A stretch of DNA of 64,000 bases from Promethearchaeati archaeon SRVP18_Atabeyarchaeia-1 (GCA_037308085.1 CP147779.1:864001-928000), one strand, 5' to 3'. Positions 49,057 through 59,077 are shown, numbered from the stretch's first letter. Program-made: numbers and translations. The notes: a model not told the origin generated them from the letters alone.

Positions 49057-51009
49057 TTAGAGGTGAGGATTCACAGTAGTCTTGGTGATCGCCATTCCGC
49101 TTCTGCAGACCTCTTTGCAGGCGCCGCATAGATTGCACCTAGCATCTTCGATGTAGGCGAACTCTTTCCCATCTTCTTCCTTTCGTATTAGGGCTGGGCA
49201 GGCGAAGCGTCTGTAGCACTCCTCGCAGTTCTGGCACCGGTCAGGTTCGATGGCGTAGTAGGAGTATTTCCCTTTTTCGCGCTCAGCTGCCCTGATGGGA
49301 TCTGTCCTCCTCTTGGCAGGCAATGCGCATTCACGTTCCGATATGAGAACGCGTACGCCTTTCTCTTCCAGTGCCTCAGTTATCACTTCTATTGCGTGCC
49401 GTATGTTGTACGGATCAAATGCCCTTACATGCTTCACACCACAGGCCTTCACTATGTCCCTCAGATTCACAGCTGGTGAAACTTCTTCTCGCAGACTGCT
49501 GATTCCCGAAGCCGGTGTAGGTTGTCCACCAGTCATGGCAACCCACTTGTTGTCCATTATTACTATGAGGACATTCGCATTGTTGTAGACAGCGCTAATC
49601 AACCCTGGAATACCTGCATGTAGAAAGGTGCTGTCGCCAATCATTCCAACCATCGTGTCCTTGACCTTGAAACTCATCCCTGCAGCTATGTTGAAGCCCG
49701 CCCCCATGCAGAGAAGCCAATCCTGCAACGTGTATGGAGGAAGCGCGAGTGTAGCATAACAGCCAATGTCTCCACCGAAAACGACCTGGCCTTTTCCTCT
49801 AGCCTGCACGAATTCCTGTGCTGCTCGTTTCAGCGCGTATGCCGTCGCCCTATGCGGACAACCGGGGCACAGACCAGGATTTCTTAGGAGCGCCTTGCCT
49901 AGCGCTTTGCTGTACTTCGTTTGTATCGCGGCGTAGTCAACTGGCTCCTTAACGCCGCTCGTTCTACTCATTCCCCTTATGACTAGGTCAGTGTTCAGCT
50001 CTCCAACAGCGGGGAATAGGTCTTTTCCATGTACCTCTCTAAGCATTTTCTTCTCGAACAATATTCTCTTGATCTCTGCCTCAACGAACCCTTCTAGCTC
50101 CTCAACTACCATTACCTTCTCAAGACCTTGAGCGAATTTTTCTATCAAGTCTGGGTTAATCGGGTAAACCATGCCAAGCTTAAGGATCGGGTAATCATGA
50201 ATTCCAAGAGCGTCCAAGGCTTCCATCGTATAGTTGAATGAGGAGCCAGCTGCGATGACTCCTGTCTTTGCCTGACCCGGTATGATCCTATTGAGGTCAG
50301 TCATCTCACCGGCTGCCTTTTCAGCTTTCTGGATTCTGCTTAGCAGCCTTCCCTTGTTTCCCACGGCTACAAGTGTGGCAGATACGTACTTTCCAGGTGC
50401 TTTCTTGAATTGCCCTTCCGCTTTAGGGGGTGTGAGTTTCCCTAGAGTCACTTCGCCAATGCCATGGAGTGTTCTGTGAGTTGAATTTAGGATTATGGGA
50501 AGATCGAACTTCTCTGAAAGTTCATACGCCTTCAGAGTGAAGTCTTTGCATTCCTGCGAGTTCGATGGTTCAAGGCAAACCGTGTGAGCATGTAACGCAT
50601 AGTACCTGTTATCCTGCTCGTTAGTTGAACTGAGGCAACCTGGATCCTCGCCGACAAGGAGCACGAGACTTCCGGGTTGAACACCGATGTAACAGAGCGT
50701 GAAAAACGGATCAGCGGCGACGTTCATACCGACATGTTTCATTGCGCATAGCGACCTAACGCCAGCCCATGCGCCACCGATGGCATTCTCAAGTGCCACG
50801 GCCTCATTCGTTGAATACTGAAAATGTAAGCCTGGCAAGTCCTTTGCGACATCAGATATAGTGTCTCCAACCTCTGAAGCTGGCGTGCCTGGATACGTTG
50901 TAACCATGCCTACGCCTGCCTCTAGAGCTCCACGAGCTATGGCCTCAGCACCAAGCATGAACACTTTCTCACCAGGAGAATCCTTTAGGACAAAATGAGT
51001 CGAAGGCAA
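49057..51009 (-). CDS. iorA: Indolepyruvate:ferredoxin oxidoreductase alpha subunit
   Basis: YPGTPASE, MKHVGMNVAAD, LCPGCPHR, GDIGCY, GDSTFLH, AMTGGQ, C-terminal ferredoxin. Confidence 0.95.
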   Translation of the reverse strand: MPSTHFVLKDSPGEKVFMLGAEAIARGALEAGVGMVTTYPGTPASEVGDTISDVAKDLPGLHFQYSTNEAVALENAIGGAWAGVRSLCAMKHVGMNVAADPFFTLCYIGVQPGSLVLLVGEDPGCLSSTNEQDNRYYALHAHTVCLEPSNSQECKDFTLKAYELSEKFDLPIILNSTHRTLHGIGEVTLGKLTPPKAEGQFKKAPGKYVSATLVAVGNKGRLLSRIQKAEKAAGEMTDLNRIIPGQAKTGVIAAGSSFNYTMEALDALGIHDYPILKLGMVYPINPDLIEKFAQGLEKVMVVEELEGFVEAEIKRILFEKKMLREVHGKDLFPAVGELNTDLVIRGMSRTSGVKEPVDYAAIQTKYSKALGKALLRNPGLCPGCPHRATAYALKRAAQEFVQARGKGQVVFGGDIGCYATLALPPYTLQDWLLCMGAGFNIAAGMSFKVKDTMVGMIGDSTFLHAGIPGLISAVYNNANVLIVIMDNKWVAMTGGQPTPASGISSLREEVSPAVNLRDIVKACGVKHVRAFDPYNIRHAIEVITEALEEKGVRVLISERECALPAKRRTDPIRAAEREKGKYSYYAIEPDRCQNCEECYRRFACPALIRKEEDGKEFAYIEDARCNLCGACKEVCRSGMAITKTTVNPHL

Positions 51010-51229
51010 CCGGAACCTAACCTCCAGACAGGTCTAGATGCGAGTACATTCACTCAGACTGTCACTTTGAGATCTACAACAGTTTATACTTTTGCCCTTA
51101 CCGATTTCTGACAGTTCCTGGGTGATGGTGAGGATTTCTTGAGTCGCTTTCAAGATAAGTCTGTGTAACCTCTACCTGTAATGAGCAACCAGGTAGCTAA
51201 TATTCCCATCAGTCTTTCTGGATGGGTGC

Positions 51230-51745
51230 TCAGAGTTTCTCAAATGCCTCTTTGAGTTGTCGATGCCATTTCCGGATCTTCTCTCTGTAAGCGACCTGCT
51301 CGTCAAGATCGAGATATCTCTCGGGATCCTTGGTTAACATCCTGGCAAGAATCTCCATCTCATATGTGTCGAAGTTCCCAATTCTCTTGTTGATTTCTTC
51401 TTTGGCTGAAGTCAAAGCTTTCGAAATCTCTATCGATGTGCTTCGTAGACTCTTGATCACTGTGCGGAGTATCCCGCTTGCTAAAACCTCTGATCGCTCC
51501 GCAAATAGCAGTTCTTCAGTCGGGGAAGAAGGGAAATCTAATGGTGGTCTCTGATCTTCAGGAACACCCAAGATGTCCATTAGAGTCATGATCAGCTTGA
51601 TATGGGATTCGCCGAGAGCTGAAATTCGGATGATAGCTTCTTCCAAGATGCGCAGTGACTTTGAGAGATTCCTATTCATACCCTCCATGGACTTCTTGAC
51701 CGAGGTCAATACTCTGAGGGTCTCATCTTCCTGATTCCGCGTCAT
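51230..51745 (-). CDS. Hypothetical helical protein, tandem paralog 2
   Basis: Colinear similarity with 51784-52299 (MDILG.PE, ASG.LR, AKEEI/SKEEI, EM.ILAR, KIR.W). Confidence 0.8.
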   Translation of the reverse strand: MTRNQEDETLRVLTSVKKSMEGMNRNLSKSLRILEEAIIRISALGESHIKLIMTLMDILGVPEDQRPPLDFPSSPTEELLFAERSEVLASGILRTVIKSLRSTSIEISKALTSAKEEINKRIGNFDTYEMEILARMLTKDPERYLDLDEQVAYREKIRKWHRQLKEAFEKL

Positions 51746-51783
51746 TCCATTTCCCCAGCATCATCTCTATCCTTAGGTTGGGA

Positions 51784-52299
51784 TCACGATCCAGAGAAAG
51801 CGTTCCTCAAACGGAGAGTCCACTCTCTTATCTTGTTTCGGAGTGCTTCTTGTTCGTCGGAGCTGAGAAATCGATCGGGGGACTTGCTGAAATCTCTCGC
51901 GAGAATATCCATCTCTGCAAAATCAAAGTGGTCGGTTGCCTTGAGAATCTCCTCTTTTGAGCTATTGATGGCTCGAGCGATGTCCCCACATGGTTTTCTC
52001 AGGCTTCTGATTATTGGGCGCAGCAGTCCGCTCGCCATTGTCTCAGCTCTCGCAGCTCCCGATATCGCGCCCAGCTGCTCCGGGAGAGAAGTCAAAGAAG
52101 AGCCTAGCTCTTCAGGAATGCCCAGAATATCCATTATTGTCTCGGCCAATCTGGAATGGATTTCGCTGAGAGCTAATATCCGGGCGGTCGCCTCGTCTAG
52201 TCTTGCCAGCGCCTCAAGAAGCTTCTCATTTATCCTGTCGAAGGATCTCCGCATAGAGGCGAGCGTTTTTAGGGTTCTTCCCTCCGATTCCACGACCAT
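51784..52299 (-). CDS. Hypothetical helical protein, tandem paralog 1
   Basis: A start at 52299 after GAGGAGGA gives 171 aa, the same length as its neighbour. Confidence 0.8.
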   Translation of the reverse strand: MVVESEGRTLKTLASMRRSFDRINEKLLEALARLDEATARILALSEIHSRLAETIMDILGIPEELGSSLTSLPEQLGAISGAARAETMASGLLRPIIRSLRKPCGDIARAINSSKEEILKATDHFDFAEMDILARDFSKSPDRFLSSDEQEALRNKIREWTLRLRNAFSGS

Positions 52300-52755
52300 T
52301 ATCAAGCGTCCTCCTCTTAATCTCTTCGAGCCGGAAACATCTCCCCGACAAATCGATCTATCTAGTAATTGAATGTTCAGTCTTACATCATTTTGGTTCC
52401 ATGATTGCCCAAGCACTCCAGATATATATGTATGGCGTGAGATTAGAAAACAGTTTCCATTCTCTTCTGGGCGGGCATTTCTTTATCCGAGGGTATCTCT
52501 TTCAAAAGCATTACTTCCCTTCTGTTATGGCAACAATCGCGGTTGGGCTGCGCCTGGTTTTCTTACCCAATGGAGTGACATAATTCGGTCCAGAATACTG
52601 GATCTTGTCCACAGCTCCTGATCGGGAAGAAGATTCTTATACTGTTTTACAGTTCCATTTTACGGGTCAAGCAAATATGCCCAGCACGTTGGTTTGGCGA
52701 GCTGAGAACTCTTCGTTTTGCGGATCTTGGCTGTAGTGGATTATGGTGACTGCCG

Positions 52756-54219
52756 ATGGCTCCCTCTGGTCTTAGCGATGGAAGGGCTTCAGTCGTGTCA
52801 GCTAAGACACCTGTGACTGATTCTGGTGAACTTATGAAATTCTTCTCGCCAAGGAATGTAGCGGTTGTCGGCGGTTCAAACAACCCAAGTAGGTTTGGCT
52901 ACAACGTCATGAAAAATCTTATTGAGGCGGGTTTTGACGGAAACATATATCCTGTGAGCCTCAAGGAAGACTCCGTGTTTGGAAAGCGCGCGTATAGAAG
53001 CGTGCTAGACATACCTGGATCAATAGACCTTGCGGTCATTATCATACCTGCAGCTACAGTTCCAGATGCCATTGAAGAATGTGGAAAGAAGAGGATTAGT
53101 GCTGTCAGTGTACTTTCTGGGGGATTCAGTGAGGTCGGAAGCAGGGGAGTGGAACTCGAAAAAGAGATTTCTGGGATTGCCAAGAAGTATGGAATTAGAA
53201 TAGTAGGACCAAACTGCGTTGGCACAATGAACACTTACAGCAATCTGAATGCGTCATTCATAATGTACGCAGCGAAGGGCAATCTTGGACTCATCACTCA
53301 AAGCGGAGCACTTGGGGCAAGCTGCTCCTACATCTCAAGAAGAGAGATGCTGGGTTTCAGCAAATTCGTGAACCTGGGAAATGCCTGTGATGTATCGGTC
53401 CCAGAGGTGATAAGGCACTACGCATTAGACCCGGAAACCTCTGTCATCGGGATATATTTGGAGGGCGTGAAAGATGGTCGCAAGTTCGTTGACGCAATAG
53501 GCGAGGCAACACCCGTCAAACCAATAATCATCGTCAAGGCTGGTCGAACAGAAGCAGGAGCCAAAGCCGCGTCGTCCCACACAGGATCACTTGCGGGATC
53601 AGATAAGATCTATGAGGGACTATTCAGGCAAAAGGGGGTAGTCAGGGCCAACTCGCTATTTGAACTCATAGACATAGCCAAAGCCTTCACCAAGCAACCA
53701 CTGCCAAAGGGAAAACGCGTAGGGATAATAACCAACGCGGGAGGCGCGGGTGTGCTAGCCACGGATGCCTCCTCAGAGAGAGGCTTGATCGTCCCATCAC
53801 TATCAGAGGAGACCATAGGTAAGCTCAAATCATTTCTCCCAGATGTTGCCACCCTAGTCAACCCCGTCGACATCATAGCAAGCGCCAATAAAGAAATCTA
53901 CCGAAGGACAACAGAAACTGTTGGTTCCGACAAGAATGTAGATGCTCTGATAGTCAATTGCGTAGTTCCGACTTTCTTGGGCATGAAACCTAGCGAGCAT
54001 GCCGAAGGAGTTGCCGAAGCATACCAGAACAACCTCAAGGGTTTCGGAAAACCGATAGTCTGCTGCTGGATGGCCGGAGACCTCGCCGACCCTGGAAGAG
54101 AAATCCTCGAAAACGCAGGCATTCCAGCATACGCCTCGCCAGAGAAAGCGGCAATCGCCCTGTCATGCATGGCGGGTTACCGAGAATTCGCCGAAAGAGT
54201 GAGACTGAAAGGAAAATAG
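52756..54219 (+). CDS. acdA: ADP-forming acyl-CoA synthetase alpha subunit
   Basis: GPNCVG, QSGA, NLGN, AASSHTGSLAG (phospho-His), TNAGGAGV, NPVDI; probable start 52834. Confidence 0.92.
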   Translation: MAPSGLSDGRASVVSAKTPVTDSGELMKFFSPRNVAVVGGSNNPSRFGYNVMKNLIEAGFDGNIYPVSLKEDSVFGKRAYRSVLDIPGSIDLAVIIIPAATVPDAIEECGKKRISAVSVLSGGFSEVGSRGVELEKEISGIAKKYGIRIVGPNCVGTMNTYSNLNASFIMYAAKGNLGLITQSGALGASCSYISRREMLGFSKFVNLGNACDVSVPEVIRHYALDPETSVIGIYLEGVKDGRKFVDAIGEATPVKPIIIVKAGRTEAGAKAASSHTGSLAGSDKIYEGLFRQKGVVRANSLFELIDIAKAFTKQPLPKGKRVGIITNAGGAGVLATDASSERGLIVPSLSEETIGKLKSFLPDVATLVNPVDIIASANKEIYRRTTETVGSDKNVDALIVNCVVPTFLGMKPSEHAEGVAEAYQNNLKGFGKPIVCCWMAGDLADPGREILENAGIPAYASPEKAAIALSCMAGYREFAERVRLKGK

Positions 54220-54285
54220 TTACCTAGGGACGCCTGCATAGCAGAAAATCATTGGAGGCTGAAGTCGAGGCCATTCTACTCAAGC

Positions 54286-55386
54286 TTGCCCGAGCTTATC
54301 CAGAAATCGACAATGAGTAACCTGTGGCATGGCCAAGTAATGGTGGAAGTATTGTCAAGCCATTCCAAGACCTTCAGAGAAGGAGATTTCATCGAAAACC
54401 GCGACAAGCTGATCTTTGATGTCAAGGGAATGCTGCATCCGCCGGACAGAGTGATAGCTTTCCTCAGGTACTACCCCTCCAGCATTGGAGGAAGGGAAAG
54501 GGGAGGAATAAGATACGAGAAAGTCTACTCTCTGGTTGAGCGTTTCAGTATCCTGAAGAGCAAGGCACCTTCGTACGTATACTTTGACAAGGTTTTGGGC
54601 TCGGTCATGCAGGGAGTTCCGGTGGGAGATGTGCAACGCCTTTACCAGCCAATCGAGAAGTTAATGGAAATGTCGGCTGCCCGGGGGAATCTGGATCCAG
54701 TTCAAAGACAATCCTTGGACTTCTGCGAACTATTGTCCAAGTCGGCAGGCATTGCTCTGAACAAGCTCGGGGTAACAGGCTCAATCCTTGTCGGGCTTCA
54801 CGGCAAGGATTCCGACATTGACGTGATCGTATATGGCACAAGAAGCTGTTCCTCCGTGTATAGAGCAATCGGCTCGCTCTATTCGGATTCGGAGTCACAG
54901 GTAAGGGCATACACCAAGGACGAACTCGAGAAACTTTTCAGGTTCAGGGCATCGGACACATACACAGAGTGGGAGTCATTCCTACGAACAGAAAGCAGGA
55001 GAAGGCTCCAAGGGATTTTCAGGGGGCGTGACTATTTTCTCCGTTTCATTAAGGACTGGGGGGAGGTGCCTGGACACTATGGCGACGCGGTTTACAGTTC
55101 CTTGGGCAAAGCGACGATAAGAGCCAAGGTGATCGATGATACTGAGTCACTCTTTACACCGTGCTCTTACAAGGTCAGGGATACTAGGTTCGTAAGTGAA
55201 GAAAACCACAATCAAGCGCCGATTGGTGAAATCTGCTCCTTCAGAGGGCGATTCTGCGAAATAGCCAGAAGAGAAGAATACGTGACAGGCAGGGGGAAAC
55301 TGGAACTCGTAAGCTATAAGTCGGGCGACAGCCACACTCGCCTGGTGGTTGGCGAAGACAAAGAAGATTTTCTGACCCTGCTTTGA
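54286..55386 (+). CDS. Pol-beta superfamily nucleotidyltransferase (archaeal COG1665-like), copy 1
   Basis: HPPDRVIAFLRY, GVTGSILVG...SDIDVIVYG, GKLELV. Confidence 0.8.
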   Translation: MPELIQKSTMSNLWHGQVMVEVLSSHSKTFREGDFIENRDKLIFDVKGMLHPPDRVIAFLRYYPSSIGGRERGGIRYEKVYSLVERFSILKSKAPSYVYFDKVLGSVMQGVPVGDVQRLYQPIEKLMEMSAARGNLDPVQRQSLDFCELLSKSAGIALNKLGVTGSILVGLHGKDSDIDVIVYGTRSCSSVYRAIGSLYSDSESQVRAYTKDELEKLFRFRASDTYTEWESFLRTESRRRLQGIFRGRDYFLRFIKDWGEVPGHYGDAVYSSLGKATIRAKVIDDTESLFTPCSYKVRDTRFVSEENHNQAPIGEICSFRGRFCEIARREEYVTGRGKLELVSYKSGDSHTRLVVGEDKEDFLTLL

Positions 55387-55428
55387 AGCGCCGACAAGAA
55401 ACATGGGAACCGGAGGGGAACCGCCGCA

Positions 55429-56490
55429 ATGGAAGTGTCAAGGAAACCCAAAGACCGTGACTTCGTGAGAACCAACGATGATCTGCTGTTCTGTGTCGTC
55501 GGGTATAGTCACCCGCCTGATAGACTACTCGCTTACCTCAAGTACGTTCCGAGTGAGAAGGGGCTATGGGCTTCAGGTAGTCAGCACTTTCAGAGAATGA
55601 TACCGTTCTACTCTTCCAAAGTGGTGAGCAGCACATTCTCTTACTTGAAGGAGAAATACCCGCAGTACCTATTCTACTCCCCAGTAAATAGCATAACCTT
55701 CTCCGCCGTCCCGCATTCCGAAATCAAGGAATACTATAAACCAGAACAGAAACTGGGAGAGATGATCGAAAGGGGATCAGAGCTTGACAAACTGCAGGAA
55801 AAAGCTATCGGGCTTGCAGAATACCTGTCTGCGGAATCTGGGGTGCCTATTGACAAGATCGGTGTTACCGGCTCAATATTGCTCGGAATACAGAACGTCT
55901 CAATATCAGATATCGACTTGACTATATACGGACGGCACAATTCTCTACTCCTCAAGCAAGCTCTGATCCAAGAACACGGGAAGACTGGAAGCGCAATAAG
56001 AAAACTAACCAAAGACCAGTCTAACGAATGGTGCAGAAAGAAAGCAAAGCAGTTCTCAATTGACTACCTATCAGCAAAAAAAATTCTTAGCAGAAAGTGG
56101 AACTTCGGATTCTACATGCAGAAAGCATTCTCAGTTCACCCAACGAAGCTCGACGCCGAGATAACCGAGAGGTACGGTGAACCGCAGTTCATTGCTGGGG
56201 AAAATGTGGAGATCGTAGCTAGGGTTGAAGATAACACGCAGGCCATTTTCAACCCCTCGACTTACAGGGTAGGCGAAGTCCAGATTCTCAAGGGGCCAAC
56301 CGTCGCCGACTTGGAAGAGGTAGTCTCCTTCGAAGGAGTATTCTCGGACATTGCTTCTCCCGGTGAAAGAATCAAGGTGAAAGGCAAGCTGGAACTAGTT
56401 ACAAACACAAGAATCGGGGGGAAGTACCACAGAGTCGTAGTGGGCTCGGATAACGTGTCCCTCCCAGAATACTTACTTCCTATTCACTGA
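55429..56490 (+). CDS. Pol-beta superfamily nucleotidyltransferase, copy 2
   Basis: HPPDRLLAYLKY, GVTGSILLG...SDIDLTIYG, GKLELV. Confidence 0.8.
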   Translation: MEVSRKPKDRDFVRTNDDLLFCVVGYSHPPDRLLAYLKYVPSEKGLWASGSQHFQRMIPFYSSKVVSSTFSYLKEKYPQYLFYSPVNSITFSAVPHSEIKEYYKPEQKLGEMIERGSELDKLQEKAIGLAEYLSAESGVPIDKIGVTGSILLGIQNVSISDIDLTIYGRHNSLLLKQALIQEHGKTGSAIRKLTKDQSNEWCRKKAKQFSIDYLSAKKILSRKWNFGFYMQKAFSVHPTKLDAEITERYGEPQFIAGENVEIVARVEDNTQAIFNPSTYRVGEVQILKGPTVADLEEVVSFEGVFSDIASPGERIKVKGKLELVTNTRIGGKYHRVVVGSDNVSLPEYLLPIH

Positions 56491-56514
56491 TCGAGATCAT
56501 GCGAACCAGAATAC

Positions 56515-56590
56515 TTCTCAATCAGACACAAAGAGGCTTCGGAAAGGCGTTGCACGCCTGTCCCTGCCGGCAGCCCTGTTCATTAAGGTT
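56515..56590 (-). promoter_or_regulatory. Candidate SECIS element in the vhuU 3' UTR
   Basis: AUGA (56583-56580)...CUGAU (56525-56521) enclosing GGGCU/AGCCU, CGG/CCG and AGGCGU-GCA-ACGCCU stems, ~20 nt after the vhuU stop; folded by eye only. Confidence 0.5.
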
Positions 56591-56604
56591 TCACACCGGC
56601 TAGT

Positions 56605-56754
56605 TCATCCAGATCCGATTTGAACTTCTTTGTTCATTAGCTCTTTACCATTCTCGTCAACCACGAGGAGATGGGCTGCGCATGAAAGTCAGCAATCGTA
56701 ACAGCGCACTACCATTTCCAGGAGGTTGAGTACTTTCTCGTCGACTTCTGGCAT
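56605..56754 (-). CDS. vhuU: Selenocysteine-containing hydrogenase peptide VhuU (49 aa; UGA at 56691-56689)
   Basis: [49 protein letters not shown]; supplies the L2 motif missing from the upstream large subunit; GAGGA RBS. Confidence 0.92.
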
Positions 56755-56784
56755 CGGTTTATTTTCCTCTAGTTTCTGTGAGTC

Positions 56785-58149
56785 CTAAGCTGCGATCATA
56801 GGCTTCGGCAGCTTCAACTTTTCATGTGCCTTGTCTTCAATCACCTGCTTTGCAATGATCTTCAGAGACTTCTCTATTGCCCCGATGTTGTGGTTCGTGG
56901 CAACTATCAGGTTTGCCTTGGTAATTATTCCTTCCTTGTCTGTCCAGTAATTGTGTATAAGAGTCCCTCTTGGCGCTTCCACCACTCCAACTCCGCACCC
57001 CTCGAGCGGCTCGACCGTTTCGAGCTTATAGTCCTTGCTGACAATGTCTGGATCCTCGAGCAGTCTCTTGGCACTCCCCACAGCGTCAAGTAACTCGATA
57101 ACCCTCGCCCAGTGATACGCGAATGTTGCATGGCAGGGTCTTCCAAGCTTATCTCTGAACTGCTTAAGCGCTTCGTTTCCACGGGGAGTAGCCATCTTGT
57201 CAACGACGTTTATTCTCGCCAATGGACCTGCTCTCCAAATGCCGTTGGGGTACCCTGCTGGCTTATAGAATAGGTGTGTGGCATAGCAATGGGGAACTAC
57301 CTTTTCTCCCGCGACATCCATGTATTTGCTGCTTGGGACGTCAGCCTCAATCTTTCCCGAGGGCGACATGACTCTAATGTTGCCATCATAGAAGTTGTGT
57401 ACGCCATTCTTCGCTAATCCAATGTAGTATGTGTCTACGACGCCGATCTTTGTTACAACATCCCAGTAGTCTTGGACTATTTTCTGCAGTAGCCCAGCGC
57501 TGAACTCGGCTAGCTCCATTGCCCTATCCATCCTTTTTATCCACTCGTCTCTCTGCTCTTCTGTTAGTCCCTTTGTCATGCCTCCGGGTATTGCTGTGAC
57601 TGGGTGGACTGATTTCCCTCCAACGACTGCGCACAACTCTTGGCCATGCTTCATTAGTTCAATAGCCTTCTTTCCTGCATCAGGGAGCTTGCTGATGACC
57701 GTCACAACGTTGCGGGTCTCCGGTGGAGCGAAGGGTCCCAGAAGGAAGTCCGGTGCAGCTAGAACGTAGAGGTGAAGTGCGTGACTGCTAATCTGCTTCG
57801 CCAGGAGAAGCAACTCTCTCAGCTTCTTCGCTGGTTCAGGCGGGTTGACTTTCCAAGCATCTTCAACAGCCTTCACAGAGGCTAGGTGGTGAGGTTCGGG
57901 GCAGATGCCACATATGCGAGGCGCTATAATGCGGGCATCTTCCGCCAATCTGCCTTCAAGAAACTTCTCGAAGAATCTCGTGGAGTTGACGTTGAACTGA
58001 ACGTCAGCGACTTTTCCCTTATTCATCTTTATTGTTATCGAGCCGTGCCCCTCAAGGCGAGTTATGGGTTCGATCTTGATCTCGTCTTCCTTTTGTTCCT
58101 TAGCCACACTTTCCTTCTGCTCCTTGGCAACGCTCGCTCTACTTTTCAT
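56785..58149 (-). CDS. vhuA: F420-non-reducing [NiFe(Se)] hydrogenase large subunit lacking the C-terminal L2 motif (VhuA type)
   Basis: EPITRLEGH, PRICGIC (L1), VEAPRGTL, IVATNHN; no DPCxxC. Confidence 0.92.
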   Translation of the reverse strand: MKSRASVAKEQKESVAKEQKEDEIKIEPITRLEGHGSITIKMNKGKVADVQFNVNSTRFFEKFLEGRLAEDARIIAPRICGICPEPHHLASVKAVEDAWKVNPPEPAKKLRELLLLAKQISSHALHLYVLAAPDFLLGPFAPPETRNVVTVISKLPDAGKKAIELMKHGQELCAVVGGKSVHPVTAIPGGMTKGLTEEQRDEWIKRMDRAMELAEFSAGLLQKIVQDYWDVVTKIGVVDTYYIGLAKNGVHNFYDGNIRVMSPSGKIEADVPSSKYMDVAGEKVVPHCYATHLFYKPAGYPNGIWRAGPLARINVVDKMATPRGNEALKQFRDKLGRPCHATFAYHWARVIELLDAVGSAKRLLEDPDIVSKDYKLETVEPLEGCGVGVVEAPRGTLIHNYWTDKEGIITKANLIVATNHNIGAIEKSLKIIAKQVIEDKAHEKLKLPKPMIAA

Positions 58150-59077
58150 CTTTTCTCACACTCCTGAGCTTGGAAAGCGCTGATGAAGCATATGTGAACT
58201 TGTATAGTTGCCCTACAGGGTCTCTGAACGAACCAAGCATCTTCTGCAGATCCATGTCTGCTATCCCCCCGAATGTTCCGATTAGCCTTGACCCCTGATC
58301 AATTACCCCTTCAGGAGGGCCGCTACACCCCTGACATGGATTGTTCGCTGTTGGACACTGAGCGCCACATCCTGCACGGGTTCCAGGACCCATACAGAGA
58401 TAGCCCTGATTCAGAAGGCACTTCTCCGGATCTGGTCTCCCTTCAAAGTCTCTGTGAAACACCTTGATATTCTTCTCTTCCTTCTTTCTCTCACACTCAT
58501 CGCAGACGCTCTTTATTGAATGTTCAATGGGCTTCCCATTTAGAAGCGACAGAGTAGCGCTAGCGATCTGTTCGGACGTGGGAGGGCAGCCCGGAAGGTA
58601 TGCATCAACCTTGACAAGCTGGTCATTACGAGGGACGAACTTGTTAATCCCAGGAACATTTTCAGACGGGATTATGCCTTTTTCGAGGACTGTCTCAGAC
58701 TTTATGTACTTCCTTTCAAAAAGATCCTTCCTGGGATACAGGTTTGCTATGCTTGGTACTCCACCATAGGTCGAGCACGTGCCAAGGGCAACTAGTGCCT
58801 TGGCCTTTTCCCTGCATAGCTTCAGGAGATGCACATCCTCTTGAGTGCGGCAGAGCCCCTCAACGAACGCCGCATCGACCCCACCTTTAGGCAACTTCTC
58901 CAAGTGTTCAAGCTTGAAATCAACTGCGGCGACCCAGTATTGAATGTCGAGCAGAGGCAGTACGTCAAGCAGTTTCTCATTCAGATCCAGAAGTGATTGG
59001 TGACATCCCCAACAGCTTGATAACTGCATGAAAATGACTTTCGCTTTGTTAGGCATGATTTTTCCACTTCCTCTCAA
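58139..59077 (-). CDS. mvhG: F420-non-reducing hydrogenase small subunit
   Basis: SCWGC, GTCSTYGG, PGCPP, VCDEC, CMGPGTRAGC; probable start 59056. Confidence 0.93.
   Translation of the reverse strand: MRGSGKIMPNKAKVIFMQLSSCWGCHQSLLDLNEKLLDVLPLLDIQYWVAAVDFKLEHLEKLPKGGVDAAFVEGLCRTQEDVHLLKLCREKAKALVALGTCSTYGGVPSIANLYPRKDLFERKYIKSETVLEKGIIPSENVPGINKFVPRNDQLVKVDAYLPGCPPTSEQIASATLSLLNGKPIEHSIKSVCDECERKKEEKNIKVFHRDFEGRPDPEKCLLNQGYLCMGPGTRAGCGAQCPTANNPCQGCSGPPEGVIDQGSRLIGTFGGIADMDLQKMLGSFRDPVGQLYKFTYASSALSKLRSVRKDEK

Noticed and set aside
58089-58130. Short VAKEQKE tandem repeat at the VhuA N-terminus
   Set aside because: Only two copies of a 7-aa motif in a variable leader; likely a neutral local duplication
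56785-58149. Hydrogenase large subunit as a truncated pseudogene
   Set aside because: The missing motif is encoded by the adjacent vhuU
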